DNA of 64,000 bases from contig OZ245842.1 of the NCBI GenBank assembly GCA_965228895.1, positions 2,016,001 to 2,080,000 of the forward strand, in the 5' to 3' direction. Shown here piece by piece: positions 41,851-50,288 of this stretch. The position numbers were made by a program, and so were the translations under genes. Position 1 is the stretch's first letter. Every line of letters begins with the position of its first letter. The notes under the pieces were generated by a model. It ran no database searches. It had not been told where the DNA came from and was given only the letters and a program-made list of their open reading frames with translations. The stretch is from Alphaproteobacteria bacterium (GTDB lineage Bacteria > Pseudomonadota > Alphaproteobacteria > SP197).

Positions 41851-42933
41851 GTGGAACTCGGACTCTTTTCGCTTCAGACCCAGCGCGATGTCGCGAAGCC
41901 CATTAAGGAAGTCTACGACGAAACGATTGACCTCGTCCGTCTTGCCGAGGACATCGGTTTCGACACCGCCTGGTTGACCGAGCACCATTTCGGCAATTAC
42001 AGCATGTGCCCGTCACCGCTCATTATGGCGTCGAACCTGGCGGCGCTGACGACGCGCATCAAGCTGGGCATGGCCGTGCTGGTGCTGCCGCTCTACAACC
42101 CCCTGCGGGTGCTTGAAGAGATCGGCATGGTCGATCAGCTTTCCGACGGGCGTCTGGTGATCGGCTATGGCTCCGGCTATCAGGCCTTTGAGTTCGAGCG
42201 CTTCGGCCTCGACCTCGCCGAAAACTGGGCCATTACCCACGAGACCATGGACATTCTGGAGATGGGTATAGCCGAGGGGCGGGTCGCCTATGACGGCACG
42301 TACTACAAGATCCCGGAGACACCGATCGGCATTCCGGTGATGCAGAAACCGCATCCTGAGGTCTTTACGGCGGGCAACGAGCCGGCTTATCTCGCGCGGG
42401 CGGCCAAGGCCGGCTACATCCCCTTCGTTACCGTCGGCGGCAACGGCACCGATGCCTTGATTGCCGTGCGCGAACACATCGCCAAGAACTTCGCGCAGGC
42501 GGGCCAGACTGGTCCATTGCCGTTCGCCATCAACCGCTCGGTCTATGTCACGGACAGCAAGGACGATGCGCGCGATGTCGCCGAACGGGTGCTCTATACC
42601 GCGCGGCTGGTCATGGCGTTTCGCGGCGGTTACGAAAAACTCGACGGCATCGAGGTCATCCCGCAGCCTTATGAAAACGAGCCTGATCTCGACACGATTA
42701 TCGAGAACCTGCCGATCGGCGATCCGGAGAGCTGCGCCGAACAGATTGCAGGCGAAATCAAGGCGACCGGTGCTTGCCACTACAGCATGTTCGTCCAGTT
42801 CGGCGGCCTCGACCACAAGCGGGCGCGACGCTCATTGGAGCGAATTGGCGCCGAGGTCCTGCCGCTTGTCGACAAGGCTGTCGGTGGTCTGAAGGAGTTC
42901 GGTCCAAGTTCGGTTATGTCGGCGGCACGCTAG
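41851..42933 (+). CDS. LLM-class (luciferase-like) flavin-dependent oxidoreductase
   Basis: AEDIGFDTAWLTEHHF, LPLYNPLRV.EE, DQLSDGRL..G.GSGY. Confidence 0.9.
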   Translation: MELGLFSLQTQRDVAKPIKEVYDETIDLVRLAEDIGFDTAWLTEHHFGNYSMCPSPLIMASNLAALTTRIKLGMAVLVLPLYNPLRVLEEIGMVDQLSDGRLVIGYGSGYQAFEFERFGLDLAENWAITHETMDILEMGIAEGRVAYDGTYYKIPETPIGIPVMQKPHPEVFTAGNEPAYLARAAKAGYIPFVTVGGNGTDALIAVREHIAKNFAQAGQTGPLPFAINRSVYVTDSKDDARDVAERVLYTARLVMAFRGGYEKLDGIEVIPQPYENEPDLDTIIENLPIGDPESCAEQIAGEIKATGACHYSMFVQFGGLDHKRARRSLERIGAEVLPLVDKAVGGLKEFGPSSVMSAAR

Positions 42934-43056
42934 GGTTTTGTGCCTGCGCAGACCAGTGCCGGCCGACGCCCCCGCCCGGCAACCAATGGCAGCATCCTCG
43001 GGTCGGCCGGGCGGGGGCGTGGGCCGGTGATGCCTCGGTCGCCGCCAGGCAAAAAG

Positions 43057-44763
43057 TCAGCAGTGGAGGATGGCGTCGGAAGCCTTTTCACCAATCATGA
43101 TGGTGGTCAGGTTGGTGTTGGCGCTGACGACGCTGGGCATGACCGAGGCGTCGGCGACGCGCAGCCCCTCGACACCAATCACCTTCAGGTCGGGATCGAC
43201 CACGCTGTTGGGATCGTCGGTGCGTCCGATGCGGCAGGTACAGCTGGCATGCCAGCTGCCGCAACCATGATCGCGCACCCAATCGCGCAGCGCGTTGTCA
43301 TCGGCAATCAGGCGATGCACGTCGATGCCCGGGCTGATGAACCGCGACATCATCTGACCACGCGTCAACGGGAAGTCGAGCAGAAGCGCCGCGGCCTTCG
43401 TCTTGAGCCAGTTGCTGGCCGAAACGACCGCGAGGTCGCGGGCCTTTTCGCTGAACGTCGACGGGAACATGCCTTTGACGCCGCCGCTGACGGCAGCGTT
43501 CGACATGAAGCGATAGGCGAGCCGCACGGCGTCGGCGAGCCGGTCGAGATCGCGGTCATCGGAAAACTGGTTGAAGTTGATGATGGGTTCGGCATCCGGC
43601 TCGCGCGCCTTCAACGTCACCTCGCCTTGCGAATACGGCTTGTTGACGCAAACGACAAAACCGCCGAGCAGATGGCCGAGCGGATGCCAACCGCCACGGT
43701 TGTTGGCCAGCGCAAACATATCGCCGGGTGCGCAGTCGGCATGGCCGGACGAGTACCTGAGGCCCAGGTGGATGTGCCGGCGCATGGAGGCAGGCATGCG
43801 CCAGGAGCGCTGGATGTGGCTCACCAAGGTCACGGTTGGGTGGTCTTGCAGGCCCTGGCCGACGCCCGGCCGGTCGGCGACCACGTCGATCCCATGTTGG
43901 CGCAAATGGTGGCCCGGCCCGATGCCCGAGCGCATCAGCATGGCGGGGCTGTGGAATGCGCCGCAGGAGACGACGACCTCGCGTGCGTCGACGGTGATGT
44001 CTTGATTGTCACGTCTGAGCGCGACGCCGGTTACGCGCTTGCCGTCGAAGAGCACGCGATCGACACGGCAATCCGGCCAAATCTCAAGGTTGGGTCGGGC
44101 CCGTGTCTCGGCATCGAGATAGGCAAGCGCCGTCGACACGCGGTGGCCGTCCGGACCGCCGGAGGGGTGGTTGTTGATGGCCATGGGAAACAGGCCGTCG
44201 TCGAACTCGCCGTTGTGATCGACAAGCTCTGTGAATCCGTGATCGAGCATGGCGTGGCGCGCGGCTTTGGCGAAACCCGGCCAATCGGGCTCGCGGATGC
44301 GGCGGATCGGCAGCGGCCCTTCCTTGCCATGCATGGCGCCGTCATAATCCAGGTCGGTTTCGCAGCGCCTGTAATAGGGAAGGACGTCGTCGAAACTCCA
44401 GCCGCTTGCACCGCGATCGACCCAGTCGTCGAAATCCCACGGCAGACCACGGATCGCCATCATGCCGTTGATGCTGGAGCCGCCGCCCATCAGCCGGGCC
44501 TGTTCGTAGCGCCGGGGTACGAAGGTCTCCGGCGCGTTGCTGCCCAAGCGTTCGTAGTGAACTCTCAAGTCACGCCAATGCCAGACCGAGTTGAAATAGG
44601 CGACGCTGGGATAAGCGTCGAGCACGGCAGGCGGCATGGCGCCCGGCGGTGTGTCGGTGCCGGCTTCCAGAAGCAACACGCGGTTATCGGAATGAGCCGA
44701 CAACCGGTTGGCCAGAACGGCGCCGGCCGACCCGCCCCCGACAACAACAAAATCGTGGGTCAA
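43057..44763 (-). CDS. GMC family FAD oxidoreductase
   Basis: GGGSAG..LANRLS, GGGSSINGM, MLMRSGIG, WHASCTCRIG, LRVADASVMP, NTN.TTIMIGEK. Confidence 0.92.
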   Translation of the reverse strand: MTHDFVVVGGGSAGAVLANRLSAHSDNRVLLLEAGTDTPPGAMPPAVLDAYPSVAYFNSVWHWRDLRVHYERLGSNAPETFVPRRYEQARLMGGGSSINGMMAIRGLPWDFDDWVDRGASGWSFDDVLPYYRRCETDLDYDGAMHGKEGPLPIRRIREPDWPGFAKAARHAMLDHGFTELVDHNGEFDDGLFPMAINNHPSGGPDGHRVSTALAYLDAETRARPNLEIWPDCRVDRVLFDGKRVTGVALRRDNQDITVDAREVVVSCGAFHSPAMLMRSGIGPGHHLRQHGIDVVADRPGVGQGLQDHPTVTLVSHIQRSWRMPASMRRHIHLGLRYSSGHADCAPGDMFALANNRGGWHPLGHLLGGFVVCVNKPYSQGEVTLKAREPDAEPIINFNQFSDDRDLDRLADAVRLAYRFMSNAAVSGGVKGMFPSTFSEKARDLAVVSASNWLKTKAAALLLDFPLTRGQMMSRFISPGIDVHRLIADDNALRDWVRDHGCGSWHASCTCRIGRTDDPNSVVDPDLKVIGVEGLRVADASVMPSVVSANTNLTTIMIGEKASDAILHC

Positions 44764-44767
44764 CGGG

Positions 44768-45727
44768 TCACCGGAACAGGAAACCGTCGGGAAGGGGATC
44801 GCAGTCCTCGACCATCAGGGTCGAGAACGCGCTCAGATAGGCTTCGCCGGCAACACGCGGACGTATGGCCGCGCGACCGTTTTCGTGGAGCACCTCATCG
44901 ATGCGACACCGGTAGTGCGCGCCCAGCACACTCTCCGCGATGAAGTCGTCGCCAACGTTGAGCTTGCCGGCGGCGTGCAGTGCGGCAAGGCGCGCACTGG
45001 TGCCGGTACCGCACGGCGATCGGTCGAACTTGTTGCTTTCCAAAACCACGAGGTGACGGGCATGTCTGTCATCGTCATCGCGAAAAAACAGGACCGAGCC
45101 GACCGGCTCGTCGACGGCTGCGTTGAGCGACGCCTTGATCGCGTTGCCCAAGCGGCAGAGTTCACCGGCGTTGTCGGGTTCGATGGGCCAGTTGCGCCCG
45201 GCCGTATCGACCAGCGCGAAGCGGCCGCCGCAGCAGGCTATGGTGGCGTCGACGGGGCCTATGCCATCGACGTCGACGGTTATGCCGTCAGTCTCGACAT
45301 AAGCAGGGACGTTGGCGATGGACGCGGTGACCGCACCGTCCATTGCTTTGCTCACGTCGACACCGACAATGCCGGCGGGTGTCTCCAAAGTGAAATGGCC
45401 TGGGCCGGATGTAAGATCGACTTGGCCGGTTGCCGCGAGCGTACGCGCAAGGCCGATGGTCGCATGGCCGCACATGTCGAGATAGACATAGGACGAGATG
45501 AAGAACGCACCGAAGTCGGCCTCACGGCTGTCGGTCATCACGGCGGCGACCATGGCCGCATGGCCGCGCGGCTCGTGTATCAACTGGCCCCGGAGACGGT
45601 CGTGGCGGGCCTTGAAATCGTCGCGACGCGCCAGCACGGTGTCGCCCTCCAACGGTGGCAACCCACCCATAATGGCGCGCGTCGGATGACCCACCGTGTG
45701 GGTGTCGATGACTTGAAAGGCCTGCAT
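44768..45727 (-). CDS. Proline racemase / hydroxyproline epimerase family protein
   Basis: IDTHT.G.PTR, EPRGH, both catalytic Cys motifs MCGH and DRSPCGTG. Confidence 0.88.
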   Translation of the reverse strand: MQAFQVIDTHTVGHPTRAIMGGLPPLEGDTVLARRDDFKARHDRLRGQLIHEPRGHAAMVAAVMTDSREADFGAFFISSYVYLDMCGHATIGLARTLAATGQVDLTSGPGHFTLETPAGIVGVDVSKAMDGAVTASIANVPAYVETDGITVDVDGIGPVDATIACCGGRFALVDTAGRNWPIEPDNAGELCRLGNAIKASLNAAVDEPVGSVLFFRDDDDRHARHLVVLESNKFDRSPCGTGTSARLAALHAAGKLNVGDDFIAESVLGAHYRCRIDEVLHENGRAAIRPRVAGEAYLSAFSTLMVEDCDPLPDGFLFR

Positions 45728-45824
45728 GGTTCTCCGATGCCGGCAAGCGGCGGTTCCACGGCAGGGTATGCTAAGGAGCCGCTACACATGGATCAAGGCA
45801 ACAAGCATGAGGGAGCAGGATTGC

Positions 45825-46607
45825 ATGCGTGAAAACAGGATTCGGAAGATTTGGGCCGAGGGCGGCACGGTCTTTAACGGCTGGCTGGCGACGCCCAGCA
45901 GCGTCACCGCCGAGGTCATGGCGCGCCAGGACTGGGACAGCGTCACAATCGACCTGCAGCATGGCCTGGTCGACTATCCCGCGGCTGTCACCATGCTGCA
46001 GGCGATCTCGCAGACCGACACGGTGCCGCTGGCGCGCGCGCCATGGAACGAGCCGGTCATGATCCAGAAGCTGCTGGATGCCGGCGCTTACGGCATCATC
46101 TGCCCGATGATCAACAGCCGCGAGGAGGCCGAGCGTTTTATCGGCGCGTGCCGCTATCACCCGGACGGCTACCGCAGTGTCGGTCCGATCCGTGCGGCCA
46201 TGTATGCCGGCGCTGATTACATCCCGAACGCCAACAAGACCGTCTTGGCATTGGCGATGATCGAGACGGCGCAGGCTGTCGAGCGGCTGGACGAAATCCT
46301 GACCACACCGGGTCTGGACGGCATCTTTGTCGGCCCGTCCGATCTATCGGTCAGCTTGGGCGAAGCGGCCGGCTTCGATCCTGAGTTTCCCGTCGTCATG
46401 CAGGCGATCGAAAAGATTGCCGAGCGTTGTCAACATCATGGCATACCCGCCGGCATCCATACGGGATCGGTCGCCTATGCGCTCAAGATGCAGGCGATGG
46501 GTTACTGCTTCATCACGCTGCTCAGCGAACTGCGTTTGATCCAGTGGGCCGCCGGCAATGCCATCGCGGCGTTCCGCGCCGGTGAGACGCAGGTCGATGC
46601 CCCTTAG
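45825..46607 (+). CDS. HpcH/HpaI aldolase family protein
   Basis: IDLQHG, LDAGAYGIICPM, G.RS.GP, MIET, FVGPSDLS. Confidence 0.9.
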   Translation: MRENRIRKIWAEGGTVFNGWLATPSSVTAEVMARQDWDSVTIDLQHGLVDYPAAVTMLQAISQTDTVPLARAPWNEPVMIQKLLDAGAYGIICPMINSREEAERFIGACRYHPDGYRSVGPIRAAMYAGADYIPNANKTVLALAMIETAQAVERLDEILTTPGLDGIFVGPSDLSVSLGEAAGFDPEFPVVMQAIEKIAERCQHHGIPAGIHTGSVAYALKMQAMGYCFITLLSELRLIQWAAGNAIAAFRAGETQVDAP

Positions 46608-47865
46608 TGACGGGCCGGGTAGGGCCGGCCATGTCACCGTGGTCGGCGCCGGCATCGTCGGCATCTGTACGGCGAGCTGGCTGGTCCGCGCCGGCTTCGA
46701 CGTCACCGTGCTCGACGAGGATGAGCCGGGCATGCGGTGTTCGTTCGGCAACGCCGGGGGCATCTGTCCGGGCTCGTGCGTGCCGCTTGCTATGCCCGGT
46801 ATGGCACGCAAGGTGCCCGGCTGGCTGCTCGATCCGGAAGGTCCGTTGTTCATCCGGCTCGCTTATCTGCCGCGCGCGCTGCCGTGGCTGCTGCGCTTTG
46901 TGGCCGCCGGACGGCCAGACAGGATCGGCGCGATTGCCAATGCCATGCGCGCGCTCCACGAACCGACCATCGATCGCTACCGTTCACTGGTCGCGTGGGC
47001 GGGGTGCGAGTCCTTGCTGGTCGAGCGCGGCCAGCTCTTTCTCTACGAAAGCCAAGCGGAACTCGATGGCGACGCCCTTGGCCTGACGCTGCGCCGCGAA
47101 CGCGGCATCGAAGCAGAAGTTCTGTCGGCCGACGAACTACGTCAGTTGGAGCCCGCACTCGACCACCGCTTTCGCCACGCGGTCTTTCTGCCAGGTCAGG
47201 CGCAGTGCCTGAATCCCCACCGATTGGTGCGCGAACTTGCCGCCCAATTCGTTGCCGACGGTGGCCGTATCGATCGGTCGCGCGTGATGGCCTTTCATGC
47301 CCAAGACGGCGCGATTGAATCGCTGGAGACGGCGGATGGATCCCGCGGGGTCGAGACAGTCGTTCTGGCGGCAGGCGCCTGGTCGGCGAGGTTGTTGGCG
47401 ACCCTTGGAATCCGCGTGCCGCTGGAGGCCGAGCGGGGCTATCACGTTACGGTGGCCGCCGAGACTGACCGTGCGCCGCGTATCCAGGCGGCATGGTCGC
47501 GTCGCAAGTTTGTCGTCACACCACAGGAAGGTGGTATGCGCTTTGCCGGCACCGACGAATTCGCCGGTCTTGACGCGCCACCCGATGAAAGGCGCGCGAT
47601 GACCCTGTTGCGTCACGGGCGCGATATGGTGCCCGGGCTTGACGATGCGACCTACACGACATGGATGGGGCATCGTCCGGGAACGCCGGACAGCCTGCCG
47701 GTCATCGGCAGGGATCCGCGGTACGCCAACCTGATTCACGCCTATGGTCACGGCCATACCGGTTTGATGGGCGCATCGGTCACCGGTCACGTAATCGCCG
47801 ACATGTTGGCGGGCCATACGCCGGAGATCGACTTGGCCCCCTATGGCATTGAGCGTTTCAGCTGA
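46597..47865 (+). CDS. D-amino acid dehydrogenase (DadA-like FAD oxidoreductase)
   Basis: VVGAGIVG, SFGNAG, AAGAWS, ERGYH, WMGHRP.TPDSLPVIG, GHGH.G. Confidence 0.88.
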   Translation: MPLSDGPGRAGHVTVVGAGIVGICTASWLVRAGFDVTVLDEDEPGMRCSFGNAGGICPGSCVPLAMPGMARKVPGWLLDPEGPLFIRLAYLPRALPWLLRFVAAGRPDRIGAIANAMRALHEPTIDRYRSLVAWAGCESLLVERGQLFLYESQAELDGDALGLTLRRERGIEAEVLSADELRQLEPALDHRFRHAVFLPGQAQCLNPHRLVRELAAQFVADGGRIDRSRVMAFHAQDGAIESLETADGSRGVETVVLAAGAWSARLLATLGIRVPLEAERGYHVTVAAETDRAPRIQAAWSRRKFVVTPQEGGMRFAGTDEFAGLDAPPDERRAMTLLRHGRDMVPGLDDATYTTWMGHRPGTPDSLPVIGRDPRYANLIHAYGHGHTGLMGASVTGHVIADMLAGHTPEIDLAPYGIERFS

Positions 47866-47871
47866 CCTTGG

Positions 47872-48693
47872 TCAGGTTGATCGTTGATAGGCAAGCGAAA
47901 CCGCTTGCGCGGCTTTCAGGATGATCGGCTTCAGATCGCGTCTCGCCTTCGCCAAGGTGAAATCGTCGACATCAACCGTTAGCGCGACGGCGGCCACGGG
48001 CTGATTGGCGTAATCGAACACAGGCGCGCCAAGCGCGATGGCGCGGGGATGACACGCGCGATCGGTCAGGCTGTAGCCGAGTTCGCGGGTCTGCGACATC
48101 GCCGCCATGATGGCGTCCGTTTCGACAATCGTATGTTTGGTGATCGGGAGCCGTGGGCTGGTGGCGATCAGGTCGAAGGCGCTGCGTTGGGGCATGAAGG
48201 CCAGAATTGCCAGACCGGTTGGCGAACAGAAGGCCGGTTCGCGTACGCCCACCGACGGACCCTTCACCAACGAGAGTCGCTTTTCGGCCCCGGCCATGCT
48301 GATCAGGACGACACATTCGTTACCGTTGAGCACGCTCAACTCGAGCTGATGACCGCATTCGTCGGAAACATTCTGCAGAATAGGGAAGGCGCACGTGACC
48401 AGGGGGTCGTTGCCCAGATAGGCAACCGACCAGCTCAACACCTTGGACGAAAGCCTGTAGTGTCGGGTTCGCCGGTCCTGTACCAGATAGCCGGCGCTGA
48501 CCAGTGTCGTCAGAAGCCGTCGCGCGCCGCTGATCTCCAGACCGCTTAGCTGGACGATTTCGGTGAGCGACAGCTCACGGTGTCCAACGTCGAAGCACTC
48601 CATCACCCGCAAACCCTTAAGGAGGGTCTTGGCGAGGTTCGACGATGAGGGTCTACCGGGACCCAAGTCAGGCTCTAGCGTCAGGTCGGGCAC
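47872..48693 (-). CDS. IclR family transcriptional regulator
   Basis: KTLLKGLRVMECF...LSLTEI...RRLL.TL...GYL HTH; PAFCSPTGLAILA, ALGAPVFD; GGAGA RBS before GTG 48693 (alternative ATG 48714). Confidence 0.9.
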   Translation of the reverse strand: MPDLTLEPDLGPGRPSSSNLAKTLLKGLRVMECFDVGHRELSLTEIVQLSGLEISGARRLLTTLVSAGYLVQDRRTRHYRLSSKVLSWSVAYLGNDPLVTCAFPILQNVSDECGHQLELSVLNGNECVVLISMAGAEKRLSLVKGPSVGVREPAFCSPTGLAILAFMPQRSAFDLIATSPRLPITKHTIVETDAIMAAMSQTRELGYSLTDRACHPRAIALGAPVFDYANQPVAAVALTVDVDDFTLAKARRDLKPIILKAAQAVSLAYQRST

Positions 48694-48706
48694 GTTGTTC
48701 TCCGCA

Positions 48707-48726
48707 ATTGTCATTATGTGACAATC
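48707..48726. promoter_or_regulatory. Palindromic operator in the iclR / glmL divergent region
   Basis: ATTGTCA-TTATG-TGACAAT inverted repeat; near-identical to 36778-36795. Confidence 0.65.
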
Positions 48727-48848
48727 ATAGTGCATATTTGTTGCGATGTCTCGGCTGCGGACCTAGCCTTTTGAACCGCAATGCCGCCTGCGTTGCGGCT
48801 GGGGGTTGTGTCCAGGCGTCCGATATTCGGGCTGACACGGGAGCTGAC

Positions 48849-50288
48849 GTGACAAACGCGAGGCGGACCAAGGATAGGGCTGACGTGTTCCTCAGCGGGG
48901 AACGTAGCTGGAGCCGTGGCCTTCTGATCGATGTGGGCTCGACGTTCACCAAGGTCATGGTGATCGCGCCAAGTGGCGCGATGGTGGGACGCGCACAAGC
49001 CCCGACGACGATTGACGATGATGTGATGGAGGGGGTCACCGCTGCCCTCGGCCACCTGCCTGAGGACGCGCGCGACGACATCGACTGGGCGCTTGCCTCA
49101 AGCAGCGCGGCGGGCGGCCTGCGTATGGCGTCGGTCGGGCTGACCGCCAATCTGTCCGGTCGTGCCGGCGCGTTGGCGGCGTTCGGTGCCGGCGCCAAGG
49201 TGATCGCCAACGAACATGGCTTCTTGGATGACGAGGCCGTCGGCAGGATCGATGCGGAAACGCCCCATCTCGTGCTGTTGTCCGGCGGTTTAGACGGCGG
49301 CAACCGAGAGGCGCTGCTGCACAATGCCCGCAAGTTGACGGCGCTGAAGTCGGCGCGCGGGTTCATCGTCGCGGGCAATGTCGACGCTGCCGGCGAAGCC
49401 GATGCTTTGCTCAAAGTTGGCGACCGCGACGTGCGTGTCGTCGATAACGTCTTCCCACGTGCCGGCGAGATCGCGATGACCGCGACACGCGAGGCTGTGC
49501 GCGACCTCTTTTTGCAACACATCACCCAAGCCAAGGGCCTGGATGGCCTGATGGAGACTTTCGCGACGGAATGCGAACCGACTCCCCTGGCGGTCAGCCG
49601 CGCTCTCGCGCATCTGCCCGGGGAGGGCGGGCCGGTGGTGTTTGTCGATTTGGGTGGTGCGACGACCGACGTGCACTCGTTGGGCGGCGTCCGTGACGAC
49701 CACAGAGCGGTCGAAGTGCCCGATCCCGAAGTGATGCGCACGGTCGAAGGCGACTTGGGCATGCGTTGGGGCGCACCGGGTACGGTCGGTGCCATGTCAT
49801 CGGCCGACAGAGCCGCCGCTGAGGCAGTCCTGGGCTGTGATCTCGAACGAGAGGCCGACAAGCGGCGTGAGTCGCCGTCCTTTTTGCCTCAGACCGACCA
49901 TGACCGCGCCGTCGACCGTGTCTTGGCCCAGGCTGGGGTCGCGACGGCGATCGAGCGCCATGCCGGCAAGGTGGTCGTCCGCCATCGGCCGTGGGGCGAC
50001 CGCTATCAGGTGACGGGCAAGGATCTTCGCCAGACGCGGATGCTGGTCGCGACCGGCGGTGCGTTTCGCTATGGCCGTGACCCCCACTTGATGGTCTGTA
50101 CGGCCCTCGATGCGATTGAAGGCGCCCAGTCGCCACGCACCCCGGCCATCGCCATCGACAATGCCTATGCCCTCTATGTCATCGGCTTGCTCGCCCGCCT
50201 GGCGCCGGACTTGGCGCGACAGGTTGCGGCCCAAGCCATCGTTACGCCCAATCCATCAAGCCGACATCAGGAGGCACGCGCATCATGA
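48849..50288 (+). CDS. GlmL/MutL family (glutamate-mutase-associated) actin-like ATPase, probable B12-enzyme reactivase
   Basis: IDVGSTFTK, SSSAAGGLRM, GGLDGGN, IVAGN, PTP, VDLGGATTDVHS, RTVEGDLGMR; GGGAG RBS before GTG 48849. Confidence 0.85.
   Translation: MTNARRTKDRADVFLSGERSWSRGLLIDVGSTFTKVMVIAPSGAMVGRAQAPTTIDDDVMEGVTAALGHLPEDARDDIDWALASSSAAGGLRMASVGLTANLSGRAGALAAFGAGAKVIANEHGFLDDEAVGRIDAETPHLVLLSGGLDGGNREALLHNARKLTALKSARGFIVAGNVDAAGEADALLKVGDRDVRVVDNVFPRAGEIAMTATREAVRDLFLQHITQAKGLDGLMETFATECEPTPLAVSRALAHLPGEGGPVVFVDLGGATTDVHSLGGVRDDHRAVEVPDPEVMRTVEGDLGMRWGAPGTVGAMSSADRAAAEAVLGCDLEREADKRRESPSFLPQTDHDRAVDRVLAQAGVATAIERHAGKVVVRHRPWGDRYQVTGKDLRQTRMLVATGGAFRYGRDPHLMVCTALDAIEGAQSPRTPAIAIDNAYALYVIGLLARLAPDLARQVAAQAIVTPNPSSRHQEARAS

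Noticed and set aside
42940-44943. 667-aa + strand ORF (and similar long antisense ORFs over clpA, rnr, topA, gatB, the PLP fusion and the AMP ligase)
   Set aside because: Shadow frames of real opposite-strand genes caused by high-GC codon bias; no motifs or RBS
48715-48850. Looked for a cobalamin riboswitch upstream of the B12 operon (also 36740-37150)
   Set aside because: No B12-box/GGGAA...GCCACTG-type elements visible and the spacer is too short
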